A DNA stretch of 64,000 nucleotides from Mobula hypostoma (Eukaryota). Within the stretch, counting starts at the first letter, position 1. The number at the start of each line of letters is the position of its first letter. This document shows positions 1 through 12,716 of this stretch, in pieces. Both the position numbers and the translations under genes were made by a program. The stretch is from contig NC_086097.1 of NCBI RefSeq assembly GCF_963921235.1, forward strand, positions 155,126,001-155,190,000, read 5' to 3'. The notes under the pieces were generated by a model. The model did no database searches, was not told the origin of the DNA, and saw only the letters and a list, made by a program, of their open reading frames with translations.

Positions 1-79
1 GGATCAAGGGCATCATCATTGTGTTGTTAAGCACTGGTTTTTATGATCCTAAGCAGTTCCAGTGAAGGAATACCATGAC

Positions 80-212
80 GTTTCCAATACAAGAGAGCTA
101 GTCATTGACTTCAGGAAAGGAAGAGATGCTCATCCTCCAGGTTACATCAACGGTGATGAGGTCAAGAGGGTTGAGAGCTTCAGGTTCCTAGAAGTAGACA
201 TCATCAATAGGC
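80..212 (+). mobile_element. Rex1/Babar LINE RT C-terminal fragment
   Basis: Translates as TRELVIDFRK...YINGDEVKRVESFRFLEVDI, typical of the Rex1 post-RT region. Confidence 0.7.
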
Positions 213-329
213 TGTATAATGGTTAGACTTTGGTGAGAACAGGTGGAGGTTCTAAGTAAGTTTCTATCAAGTGTTTTTTCTCTTTGTCTAGAAATGCATA
301 CAGTAGCTAGTGCAGTGAGAATAGATCCA

Positions 330-1080
330 GAATGAGTGGTATGTTCTTCATGTAAGATCTGGGAACTCTAGGAAACTTCCAGTCTCCTTGATAACTATAT
401 CTGCATGAAGTGCATTGAGCTCAGCTCCTTAGAGACCATGTTAAAGAACTGGAACTGCAGCTGGATGACCTTCGGTGCTCATAAGGGAGAATGAGGAGTG
501 ATAGATAGGAGCTACAGGAAGGCAGTAGTCACACCTAAGTTGCAGGATGCAGGAACAGTACCTGATTGACTGTCAGGAGAGGGAAGGGAATAGGCAGTCA
601 GTGTTAAGTACCACTGTGTCCATGCCCCTGAATAATAAGTATATAACTTCGGCTCTTGAACCAAAAGGGGTAACTTTACACAACTTCACTTGACCCATTG
701 AAATGTTCCCACAACCTATGGACTAATTTCAAGCACTCTTCATCTCATATTCTCAATATTTATGGTACTTATTTATTATTTTTATTTCTTTCTTTTGTAT
801 TTGTACTGTCTGTTGCCTTTTGCACACTGGTTGAATGCCGTTAGTACGGTCCTTCAGTGATTCTATTATTTTGTTATTCTATTATTCTATTATGGATTTA
901 TTCAGCATGTGCACAACAGAATGAATGTCAGGGTTGTATATGGTGACATATATGTAATTGATAACAAGTTTACATTGAACTTTGGATTCCGTTTGTGAGG
1001 TTGGGGGCGGGGGGGGAGTGACTTGCCTAGGTGAAGCCGTGGCAACAGGGTCTCTGGTACTGAGTCTGGCTCCAGTGGTT
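330..1080 (+). mobile_element. CR1 LINE ORF1 remnant (zinc finger/leucine zipper), split by a Rex1 tail
   Basis: VVCSSCKIWE...YICMKCIE...VKELELQLDDLR and PLNNKY motifs; sequence resumes at about 984. Confidence 0.7.
650..983 (+). mobile_element. Rex1/Babar 3' UTR inserted into CR1 ORF1
   Basis: Same 3' UTR as copies near 45125-45405 and 47220-47540; AACTT occurs at both junctions. Confidence 0.7.
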
Positions 1081-1704
1081 GAACCCAATAGAGAAAGGGC
1101 AATTTTGCATTCAGTGTCATGTATTGAACCAGATTTGAATAGGGGGCTTAAGATAAAAGAACACTTAGGAGGTAGTGATCACAATAAGACAGAAGTTTGA
1201 GAGAAAAGCTAAAGTCAAATGTATTAGGATTACAATGGAATGAAGGGAATTACAGAGTCTTGATAAAGGAGCTGGCCAAAATTGATTGGAAGGGGTCACT
1301 AGTAGGGATGATGGCAGAACAGTGATGGTTGGAGTTTCCAGGAGCAATTTAGAAGGTGCAGGATAGGTACATCCCAAAGTATTCAAAAGGGAGGATGAGG
1401 AATCCGTGACTGACAAGGGATGTCAAAGACAACATAAAAGCAAAAGAAAGGGTACATTATAGAAGAAAACAGGGGGAAGTTAGAGGATTGGGAAGATTTT
1501 AAAAATTAACAGAAGGCACCTAGAAAAACATATGGAGAGAAAAGATTATCTATGAAGGTAAGCAAGGCAACAATATAAAAAAGGACACCAAAAGTTTTTT
1601 TTTCAAATATATAGAGAGTAAAAGACAGGTGAGAATGGATATGAGATCGCTGGAAGATGATGCAGGAGAAATAGTAATGGGAGACAAGAAATGGCTGATG
1701 AATT

Positions 1705-2387
1705 TGTAAGGGGTTTCTTCTTTTATGTTACTGCATAGGCTAATTAAAATGGCTTCTTTGTTGTGTTAACTGCTGAGAAAGTTCTCTCGCTAGCAGCTTG
1801 TTTGGGTTATATTATTGATAAGAGAAAGAACGATAAATTGGGATAGATGTTATTCTTTCTTGTGTGTCTGTAAGCTATTGTGATGCATGGGTTTTTGGGG
1901 AGAAGGCGCGATGAGGAGAGAGAGAGTGGATGCGATGTTGTGAGCTGGCCAACGAGGCAGACCCCGAGGCAGACCCTGAGCTGAAGTCCGAGGTCTAGGG
2001 TCTTCAGCAAGGAGAAGAGACAAAGACAGACTCGTGTGGAGTGTCTGGTTGACCACCGTGGTTGGTCCCAGGCAATGGGTCGAGGTGGTCAGAGGGGATC
2101 GAATGGTGAATAGAGAATCGTTACTAGAGTTCCAACTGTTTATGCGTGAAGAGGTTTGGTGCCTTTTACTTTCCTTTTATATTTTATCTCTATTAATTAC
2201 ATAGTTCCAATAATATCTATAAACTGTAATCATTTACTCATATATGGTGTATTGTCTGTTATTTGGCGGGGTGGGGTACATCACACAGCATCCACAACAA
2301 ACACAGTTTGGCAGGGCCGAAGGCTGCTTCTCCAGACGACAGCGAGTTGAGCAAGCCTGAGGCTTACCGGGGGGGGGGGGGGCTACA
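1705..2387. mobile_element. Solo LTR (683 bp), probably Gypsy type
   Basis: TGTA...TACA termini; AATT at 1701-1704 and 2388-2391; removing it restores the CR1 sequence GATGAATTTAATAAG. Confidence 0.9.
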
Positions 2388-3422
2388 AATTTAATAAGGA
2401 CTTTGTGTCACTGTTCACTGTGGAAGAAGATGCTAGCAGTATGCCAGAAAATCAAGAATTTTAAGGGGCAGAAGTGAGTATAGTGTTTTTACTAAGGGAA
2501 GTTGCTTGGGAAGCTGAAAGGTCTGAAGGTAGATAAATTACCTGGACGAGATGGAATGCAGCACTGGGTTATGAAAGAGATGGTGGAGCTGTTATTAATG
2601 ATCTTTCAAGAATCACTGGATTCTGGAATGGTTCTGGAGGAATGCAAAATCACAAATGTCACTCCACATTTTAAGAAGGGAGGGAGGCAAAAGAAAGGAA
2701 ATTAAAGGGCAGTTAGCCTGACTTCAGTGGTTGGGAAGATCTGCAAATCCATTATTAAGGATGAGATTTTGGGGTACTTGGAGGCCCATGATAAAATATG
2801 CCAAATTCAGCACAGTTTCCTTAAGAGAAAATCCTGTCTGACAAATCTGTTAGAATTCTTTGAGGAAATAGCAGGCAGGGTAGACAAAGGAGAGTCAGGA
2901 GATGTTGTTTACTTGGACTTCAGAAGGCCTTTGACAAAGTGCTGAATATGAGGCTGCTTAACAAGATAAGAGCCCATGATATTACCTAAAAGATGATGGA
3001 TTGAAGACTGGCTGACTGGTAGGAGGCAGTTTGTGAATAAAGGGGGCCTTTTCTGGTTGGCTGCCAGTGTCAGATGGTGTTCTGCAGTGGTTGGTATTGG
3101 GACCACTTCTTTTCAACATTATATGTCAATGATTTGGATAATGGAATTGATGGCTTTATGGATAAGTTTAAGGACAATACGTAGAAAGGTGAATGGGCAT
3201 GTAGTGTTGCGAAAGCAAGGTTTTTGCAATAGGATGTAGACAAATCAGGGGAATAAGCAAAGAAGTGGCAGATAAATATAGTGTTGGGAAGTTTAGGGTA
3301 ACGTACTTTGGTTGAAGTAATAAAGGCATAGACTATATTCTAAATGGGGAGCAAGTTCAAAAATCATGCAAAGGCACTTGGAAGCCCTCGTGCAGGATTT
3401 CCTAAAGGTTAACTTGCAAGTT

Positions 3423-3700
3423 CTATTTAATTATTTATTGACATACAGCACAGAATAGGCCCTTCGGCCCATTGATCCACACTGCTCAGCAATCCCCTGT
3501 TTTAATTCCAGCCTAATGACAGGACAATTTCCAGTGACCAATGAACCTACCAACTGATATATCTTTGGACTGTAGAGTTAGCTAGAGCACTCAAAGGAAA
3601 CCCACACAATCACAGGGAGCATTTACAGGCAGCAGCAAGAATTGAACCCAGGTCACTGGTACTTAATGTTGTGCCAACCACTACACTATGATGCTGCCCC
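3423..3700 (-). mobile_element. tRNA-derived V-SINE (HE1-like)
   Basis: Minus strand carries A-box TAGTGTAGTGG, B-box GGTTCAATTC, a central GGGTTTCC...CAGTCCAAAGA V-domain-like block and a CR1-like tail ending in (AAAT)n. Confidence 0.8.
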
Positions 3701-4382
3701 ATGTTTGAGTCGGTGGTAAGGAAGGCAATGTTGGCATTCATTTCGAGAGGACTAGAATACAAAAGCAAGAAGCAGATCTGTAATGCTAAGGATCTATAAG
3801 GCTTTGGTCAGCCTGCACTTGGAGTATTGTGAGTAGTTTTGGGTCCATTATCTCAGAAAATATGTGCTGGCTTTGGAGAAGGCCCAGAAGAGGTTTACAA
3901 GAATGATTCCAAGAATGTAAGGTTCAACATATAAGGAGCGTTTGATGGCTCTAGGCCCGTACTCGCAAGAGTTTAACTGATTGAGAGGGGATCTCATTGA
4001 AACCTATTGAATATTGAAAGGCCTAGATAAATTGGATGTGGATAGGGTGTTTCCTATAGAGAGGGAGTCAAGGACCAGATTGCATAGCCTCACAATAGAG
4101 GGACATCCATTTCGAAAAGAGATGAGGAGAAACCTCTGTTGCCAGAGGGTGATGAATCTGTGGAATTCATTGGCACAGACAGTTGTGCAGGCCATGTCAT
4201 TGGGTTTAGTTAAGGTGGAGGTTGATCATTTCTTGATTAAACAGGGCGTCAAAGGTTATGGGGAGAAGGCAGGAAAAGGGTTTGAAAGGAATAATAAATT
4301 GTCCATGATGGAATGGCAAAGCAGACTTGATAGGCCAAATGGCTTAATTCTGCTCCTTTGTTTTCTGTTCTTATGGTCTTAT

Positions 4383-4972
4383 AAATGCAAGGATGTAATG
4401 CTCAAGCACTATAAGGTATCGATAAGGTATTAGTCAGACGACACGGAATACTGTGTGCAGTTTTGACCCCCTTTATCTAAGAAAAGTTGTTCTCATTTTG
4501 TAGACAGTCCAGAAGAGGTTTATGAGAATGATTCTGGGAATGAAAGAGTTAATGTATGAGGAGTGTGCAATGGTTCTGTGCCTGTACTCACTGGAGTTTA
4601 GAAGAATGAGGAGGAATCACAGTGAAACCTATTAAATATTGAAAATCTTAGATAGAATGGATATGGAGAGAATTTCTTTTATTGTGAGGGACTTTGGGTC
4701 CAGAGGGCACAGCCTCAGAATAGAAGGATGTCCATTTAGAAAAGAGATGAGGGGGAATTTCTTTAGGTAGAGGGTGGTGAATCTGTGGAATTTATTGCCA
4801 GAGACACCTGTGGAGGTCAAGTCATTGGGTATACTTAAAGTGGGCATTGATAGTTTCTTGATTTGTCAGGGTATCAATGCTTATGGGAAGAAGGCAGGAG
4901 AATGGGGTTGAAAGGAATAATAAATCAGCCATGATCAAAAGGTTCTGCAAGCTTATGGCTTATGGTCTATGA
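4383..4972 (+). mobile_element. CR1 LINE 3' fragment
   Basis: RVVNLWNLLP-coding region and CTTATGG tail. Confidence 0.85.
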
Positions 4973-5559
4973 CCCTCACAATTTTTTATAACTCTATAAT
5001 GTCTGTATGTCTTTTAAGCTTGTGACAAAGAGGGATGTGATGGAATTGCTTCTCCTGTCTTTCTAAGTGATAGAGATTATATGTCTGGGAGAAGTTATCA
5101 TGGAAAACCTAACTCAGGACATGCAAATAAATCAAACATAAGATACTGTGCTTCAGACCAATAGTTGGAAGGGAAATCTGAAGGGAAGTATTGAGAAAGA
5201 AACTAAGAGAATAGTTGCTATAATTTTACCTTTCAGATTAGGTACGGAGTGCTGGCTTTCTCTATTGGCCCACATGGTATGTATTCTTCAAATTCCAGCT
5301 TTGTCTCCTGAACCAGCTGTCCTGGGATGGGATTGAATTTGTTATTGTTTTTTTCACTTTTATTGATGTTGATGGTGCTATTGAGCTAAATCTGTAAGGA
5401 AGATGACTCATTCAAAAGATGTGCATGTACTTTGCCAGAGGTTGGATTGAAGCAGAAAATGCTGCAGAAGGGAGAAAATCTTGATGCAGAATGGAAATTC
5501 TGAAATTTCTAAAAGCTAAAACTTTCCTGAAGCCGGAGGCATGCTGTTTGCTTCCAGCA

Positions 5560-7298
5560 GCTGGAGAGATTGTGGAGGCATTAACAATGATCTTTCAACA
5601 ATCGATGGATTCTGGCATTTTACTGGATGACTGGAAAATTGCAAATGTTACTCTGCTATTTAAGAAGGGTGGGAGGCAGCAGAAAGGAAACTATGGCCCT
5701 GTTAGCTTGACATCAGTGGTTGGTAAGTTGTTGAAATTGATGGTTAGGGATGAGATTACGGAGTACCTGGAGGCACATGACAAGATAGGCCAAAGCCAGC
5801 ATAGTTTCCTGAAAGGAAAATCCTGCCTGACAAACCTACTGCAATTCTTTGAGGAAATTACAAGCAGGGTAGACAAAGTAGATGCAGTAGGCGTGGTGTA
5901 CTTGGATTTTCAGAAGGTCTTTGACAAGCTGCCGCACATGAGGTTGCTTAGCAAGATAAGTGCCCATGGAATTACAGGGAAGTTACTAGCATGGGTGGAG
6001 CATTGGCTGATCAGCAGAAAGCAGAGAGTGGGAATAAAGGGATCCTATTTTGGCTGGCTGCCGGTTACCAGTGGAGTTCCACAGGAGTTGGTGTTACAAT
6101 GAATGTCAATGATTTGGACTATGGTATTAATGGTTTGTGGCTAAACTTGTCGGTGATACAAAGATAGGTGGAGGAGCAGGTAGTGTTGAGGAAACAGTGC
6201 CTGCAGAGAGACTTAGATAGTTTTGGGGAATGGGTAATGAAGAGGTAAATGAAATACCATGTTGGAAAGTGTATGGTCACGCAGTTTGGTGGAAGAAATA
6301 AATGGGCAGACTATTATTTAGATGGGGAGAGAATTCAAAATGCAGAGATGCAAAGGGACTTGGGAGTCCTTCTGCACGATACACTAAAGGTTAACCTCCA
6401 GCTTGTGTCGGTTGTGAAGAAGGCAAATGCAAAGTTGGCATTCATTTATAGAGGTATAAAATATAAGAGTAGGGATGTGATTTTGAGGCTCTATAAGGCA
6501 CTCGTGAGACCACACTTGGAGTATTGTGTGCAGTTTTGGGCTCCTTAAAGGTCCCGAGTTCGAATCCAACTGGCTCCCCTGCACACTTTCCAGCCGTGCT
6601 GGGTTACCAGCTGGTGATCTCTTTGGAAACTCACCCGGCAGAAGGCAATGGCAAACCACTGCTGTAACTTCTCTGGTACGCGGTTCCCCACTACGTCAGA
6701 GAAGCGTGGGGGAAAATCGTCCGCTAACCGGAGAAACTCCAGATGTGATGTACCTTTCCTTTATTTTAGAAGGGATATACTGACATTGGAGAGGGTTCAG
6801 AGAAGATTCATGAGAATGCTTCCAGGAATGAAAGGGTTACCATATGAGGAACGTCTGGCAGCTCTTGGGCTGTATTCCCCAGAGTTCAGGAGAATGAGGG
6901 GGGATCTCATAGAAACATTCGGAATGTTAAAGGACCTGAGCAGGTTAGATATGGCAAAGTTATTTCCCATTGTAGGGGATTCTAGGACAAGAGGGCACGA
7001 CTTCAGGACTGAAGGGCGTCCATTTAGAACTGAGATGTGGAGGAATGACTTTAGTCAGAGGGTGGTCAATCTGTGGGATTTGTTGCCATGAGCGGCTGTG
7101 GAGGCCAAGTCATTGGGTGCATTAAAGGCAGAGATAGATAGGTTCTTGATTAGCCAGGCCATCAAAGGGTATGGGGTGAAAGCAGGGGAGTGGGGATGAC
7201 TGGAAAAATTGGATCAACCCATGATTGAATGGCAGAGCAAACATGATGGGCTGAAAGGCCTACTTCTGCTCCTGTATCTTATGATCTGATGGTCTTAT
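5560..7298 (+). mobile_element. 5'-truncated CR1 LINE (RT and 3' UTR)
   Basis: ORFs 5491-6102 (WKIANVT..., YLDFQKVFD, SGVPQ), 6249-6548 (LVRPHLEYCVQFWAP) and 6648-7091 (RGDLIETF); CR1 tail. Confidence 0.92.
6548..6760 (+). mobile_element. 5'-truncated tRNA-derived SINE with RTE-type motif, inserted in CR1
   Basis: B-box GAGTTCGAATCC, GAAGGCAATGGCAAACCAC motif and ACCTTTCCTTT tail; it splits the CR1 sequence GCTCCTTA/TTTTAGAAG. Confidence 0.7.
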
Positions 7299-8573
7299 AG
7301 GTCTCTTTTAGCTATTACCAATGAGCAGCATGTGCCAACAAGAGATGAGATCTTAGTGAGAGGATAGTTCTGGGGTAGGGGTAACATCCTTACTGGAAGG
7401 AAGAAAGTTGGCATAAGATTTGATTGGAGATTTCTAATGGTCTGAAGAGCAATAAGTCAGCATTGTCCAACCCCACAACATTAACCACTGCTGCAACTGT
7501 TTTGTGAGTGGCCTCAAACAATTACTTTCAAGGTCTGATGTCTGAATATCTGAAGAAATTATAACGAAAGTGAAACAACATAAATTAAGGTTTGGAAAAG
7601 CCTTTATGATAAATTTGAGCCTGGGCTAAAATAAAATAACTTCCCACCAATTGGTCTGTTTCAGAACAGACATTCTATTATCTAGCAGAGCAAGGTAATA
7701 ATAGTCACCAGAATGCCCATTTAGCTGAATTGCATTGTTTTCACATTTGTAGCACTTCAGGCAGTGCTTCAGAGCTATCACGTATCTTGTAGGTAGATGA
7801 GACTGTGATTTTTAAGTTCAAATTTGAATCAAGGTTTAGGAGCAAAATTCACAAGTCTCTGTAAAGAGGAAATATAGAAATGAAAATGCCGTTAATTTGA
7901 AGGTGAAACTACAAGTGTTAAAGTATGTCCAGTCTACAGTTCATATGCCTTGGTGTTGTCCATTAGAATCTCTAGCACCATTTTCATTTCAGACCGGTGA
8001 TCTGGTTTATGAAAAATGTCAGTTCAGAATTTTTAAACAGTTGAACAGTATCCTTTTGCATTTAATTGAATTTAATCCACTGCTTAGGCCATCTTAGTGT
8101 ATATTAACATGTGGAGAAACTTTATTGTATGAGAACAAATATCTGTCAGTTCATACTCCATACAAGCAAACATATTTTTTTAAAATCTGAAAGCATGAAT
8201 GAGGTTTTTAAAGTTTTCTTGGTATAGGATGCAAGATGCTAATGAAAAAAAAGAAATCACTAAGTAGTGTAATCAAGTTAATGTTAGAAAAATTGGAAAT
8301 CTAGTAAATTATTTTATGAGATTCAATTGCACTGACAGGAAGACAGGGTCTCCAGCAGTGGGGTTAGCATCATAGGATACTGGTTTGAAATAACTGGTAA
8401 GTGAGGTGTTATAAAAAAAATGTGTTTGCAAAGCGAGTTGTTGTGGCCTGGAATTCTTTCTCTAAACGAATGGATAAAGCCCCAAAGTAGATAAGATTAG
8501 ATATGTATTTATGAAACAGTAAAGATCTATAGAGATAAAACCATTGAAGGAAACAAATGGAAAGCTTTTTACA

Positions 8574-9421
8574 AATGACATGCACAAGGTTCTATGACCT
8601 GTGGCTAAACAATTTTGCACATTAAAAATAATGATAACAAAATGATGATAAGAAGGCATCCAGGAGTTTGTGATAGGAGGACCAACAATATATAGTTAAC
8701 TAATAAAATCTGAAAATTAAGAAAGAAAAGGACATGATGGGCTATGTGTTGTCTGTATTCAATGATTCCATTGTACAATAAATTGTGTCAAAACATCACA
8801 ATGAAATTCTAATTCCTATGTGTAGACATGTCTGGCTTGCTTTAAAGTTTTACAGACCATGGAGTACTACTTTACTTAACACTACTAAAGGCAATAGTTG
8901 ATGAATTCTGTCTTCATCCCCTTACTGAGTTGTTGTTTCAGTGTTAATTGTTACTTGGACAATGCTTCCATGCACCCGAGTGCATGTGTGTCCATACATT
9001 TTGTTAGGTGGTAGGGCAGAAGTTGATAAGTAAAACCCTATAGACTCTGTGAACTTGAAACCAAAACAGAAAATGCTAACTCTTGTTTTTCTTTCCACAA
9101 ATGCTGTCTGACCTGCTGAGAATTCCCAGCATTTTCTTCTATTTCACCATTTTGTTTTTGTTTTTATTAGGACAGATTAAGGTGTAACTACAGATCTGAT
9201 TAATTTCTAAAATTTATTGCAGGGTTGACAAAGAAAATAGATTGGAATTTTGCTGGAATGCAACAATGAATGACATGCACAAAGTGCTATGACCTGTGGG
9301 TATACAATTTTGCACATAATGATAACAAAACGATGATAAGAAGGCATCCAGGAGTTTGTGATAGGAGGACCAACAATATATAGATAACTAGTAAAATCTG
9401 GAAAAGTAGGAAAGAAAAGGA
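8574..9421 (+). repeat. Diverged direct duplication of about 155 bp (8574-8732 and 9269-9421)
   Basis: Both copies read AATGACATGCACAA...GAAGGCATCCAGGAGTTTGTGATAGGAGGACCAACAATATATAG...GAAAGAAAAGGA. Confidence 0.9.
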
Positions 9422-10808
9422 AGGGTATAAGAATCATTCCCATAGAAGATGAAGAAATTCAAAAAAGAGAAAATATTTAGCCATAAATTAATTCAAGCAG
9501 GAATGGAATCTAAAGTTTTATTTCTCCTTTCTGATCTGGGAACAATGGCTTGGATCAAATCAATAATTATTGCATTATTGAAATGGTACTGAATATTAAT
9601 TCTGAGCCCAAGTTCAATATTAACCTCATCACTTTAAGCAGCAAAATCCAATGAATTGTTCTAACTTATCAGGTGAAGAGCTAAAAGCCATTTATAAGAT
9701 GTACTTGAGGGAATAGTTTAAATCTGCCAATATCATCATGAAATTAGTAACCCTTAATATAACTCTTCATCTTAGTGTAAATTACTATTTGATGTGTCCG
9801 TTTGTAATGGCATGTGCTGTTAACACAGTTATTTGTTTTAGAAGATAGTGTCCAATATTTTTACTGTAAGGGCTCTCATCCGCTATAGAAATACTTGACA
9901 AATAGATATAAATCTGGAATTTGTTTGACTATAAAATCACAATTGTCTTGATGTGTGGGGAAGATATCTGCATCAAAGCTGATTTAGTCCATAGGGGGCC
10001 AATATCCCAATGCAAACTACATAAAATATATCATTGCCAGAGACCTTTCTACTAATGAAGAATGTATTTTCTTATTGAAAGGAATACAATTAGGCCTTTG
10101 GCAGTTCAATAAAGAAAATATTCCAGCATCAAATCACAAAATATTGAAGGGGCAGCTGTCTTAGTCTCTGCCGAATAATGTGTTACAAGAAGAGAATGCA
10201 GCAATGTCAACACAAGATCTAAACAAAGAAGCAGAAACTCATTGATCTTTAGTGTTAAATGGATGCTATTGCATCAAAACTACATTTCTCTTAATAAGTA
10301 ACACTGATGGTCCAACCAAGTCTCTATCCATTGATTTTTCATCTGAAGCCTTAGAGGCTAAATCATATACTGTATAAGTTGCACGATAATACGAGCATTT
10401 TCATTCTATCAGCCCTGTTCCACTGGTCAATTAAATCATACCTAACCTGTATGTCTGCTCTGTTCAAAAGCTAATGAACTGTACCCTTAGGCATAGATAG
10501 CGAATAAAAATGTTTTTCATCTTGACTCAGCTCTCACAACATTTTGGGGAGAGAATTTCAGAATTCCACAAATGTCTTTTGAAAAATCTCTTCTCTTCCC
10601 GAACTTAGAACCAGCTAGAATTATTCATTTCTTGACTAATTTGGTTTGAAATAAGGAATGAATGGGAAAGCAACTGTACACCCATGTGACTAATCATCTT
10701 GAAAAAACTGAGAAATTAGCATAGCACTAATTTTCCCTTTGTGAAGCAAATAGAAGTTACTGTAGGTGTCAAGTAGAATGTGCAGACTGAAATAAGCAAG
10801 AGGAAATA

Positions 10809-11575
10809 CAGGTGGCCCTCAGTATCCACAGGGGATTGGTTCCGGGACCCCCCCCACGGATACCAAAATTTGTGGATGCTCAAGTCCTTTATATAAACTG
10901 GCATAGTATTTGCATATAACCTACGCACATCCTCCCGTATACTTTAAATCATCTCTAGATTACTTATAATACCTAATACAATGTAAAAACTATGTAAATA
11001 GTCGTTATACTGTATTGTTTAGGGAATAATGACAAGAAAAAAAAAGTCTGTACATGTTCAGTACAGACGCAACCATCGTAGCTCTTCTGGGAACGCTGAT
11101 GCTGCCTCAGCAAAAATAGTGTTCAGCGTTTGTTTTGCAGCGAGCCGTTATAGAGGCAGCGCGCATGCCATAGCTTTGAACTGCGTGAGATTTTCGCTAC
11201 GATTGACAGTGCTGCAATGATTGCAGAAAAGTATGACTTTAATTTTGAAAGGGCTGTCTTCCCAATTCTGGTAAGTGAAACTACACTACATTATTTCTAC
11301 TTAATATAGGCTGTGTATTTATCATATCATTCCTGCTTTTACTATATGTTAGTGTTACTTTAGGTTTTATGTGTTATTTGGTATGATTTGGTAGGTTATT
11401 TTTTGGGTCAGGGAACACTCAAAAACTTTTCCCATATGAATTAATGGTATTTCCTCCTTCACTTTATGTCATTTCTGCTCTACTTTCAGATAGCAGGGGA
11501 AACCTGTGCAGTAATTTTGATCCATGGTCGGTTGATTCCGCGGATGCAGAACCCGTGGATACGGAGGGCCGACCG
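10809..11575. mobile_element. Non-autonomous TcMar-Tigger element, MER2-like ends with an extra internal segment
   Basis: TA at 10807-10808 and 11576-11577; imperfect TIRs CAGGTGGCCCTCAGTATCCACAGG and (reverse complement) CGGTCGGCCCTCCGTATCCACGGG. Confidence 0.88.
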
Positions 11576-12716
11576 TAATGACAAGATCAAGAGAGAAGAA
11601 GAATATAATAGAAAAGTTTTTTTAGAGGCTTAAAAGAATGGAACTCTGTACACTTAACAAGTAAATTTTTGGTATCATTGGGATATTTGCTGCTGATTTA
11701 CACTCATAATTAACCACTCACAAAATGGATACTTAAAATGACAGACTTTCTAGGCCAGAGGTCAACTAATTATTTTTGCAGTGCTTCTTCAGATAGATTT
11801 GGTTTTTCTTCCTCCTGCAATCTTTAATTATAATCAATTATTGTCCTTAATTATAATTTGCTTCCTTTCTAACCTTACTTCCAGCTCTCAAACTCAGTGC
11901 TTAGTTCTTAACTATCATATAGATGGAGTGGCCTGGAAGTTCTTTGGTATGCTAAAGTTTATTGCAATGTTTTTGTGATGGGATTGCCTCAGCAAGGTTA
12001 AATGTTTAAGATTCACTGCTGAATAACCCGATCATAATTTTACTTGTGAGATGTGCCACTCTACAGCACTCCGAGGAAAACATCAAGGGAAGCCTACATC
12101 CAAAGCCTGGTCCTGGAGTTGGCCAAGGGACAACCAATGGTCAGAAATGTCTGTTGAAGATTTGTCAGGGTTTGAATCAATTGTCACCATGGGTCATTGT
12201 GGTCATGCTGAAGAAAAGGGAAGATAAGGGCTTTATTTAGGTTTAAAGGTCATAGAGTCATTGAGTACTACAGCACAGAAACAGGCCTTTTGGCCCTATT
12301 AGTCCATGACAACCTGATCTATGCTATCCCATCTACTTGCAACTAGGCCATATCCCTTTAAACCTCTTCCATCCATCTACCTATCCAAATTTCTCATAAA
12401 TGTTACAAGCATCTACCACTTCTGCTTGTAGCTTGTTCCACACTTCTACTACCCTCTGAGTGAACAAGATTTCCCTCAATTTCCCTTTAAATACTTTACC
12501 TTTCACCTTAAAACTATGACCTTTAGTTCTAGCCTCACCAAAACTGAGGAAGAAAAGTTTGTATGCATTCATCCTATTGATACCTGTTGTGATCTCCCAT
12601 CATTTTCCTGCACTCCAGGAAATAAAGTCCTAGCCTATTTAACTTTACCCTGTATCTCAGCTCCTCAAGTCATGGCAGTATCCTTGTAAACTTTCAAACC
12701 TATTGGTATCTTTCCT

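Larger units (their letters stand above)
1081..4382 (+). mobile_element. Degenerate CR1 LINE ORF2 (endonuclease C-term, RT, 3' tail), interrupted by a solo LTR and a V-SINE
   Basis: LGGSDHN, NVTPHFKKGGRQKKGN, KSCLTNLLEFFEE, DVVYLDF and QRVMNLWNSL motifs; CTTATGGTCTT tail. Confidence 0.9.

Noticed and set aside
3640..3700. tRNA genes at A/B-box sites (also 6550, 25140, 27340)
   Set aside because: No cloverleaf is evident; these are SINE heads.
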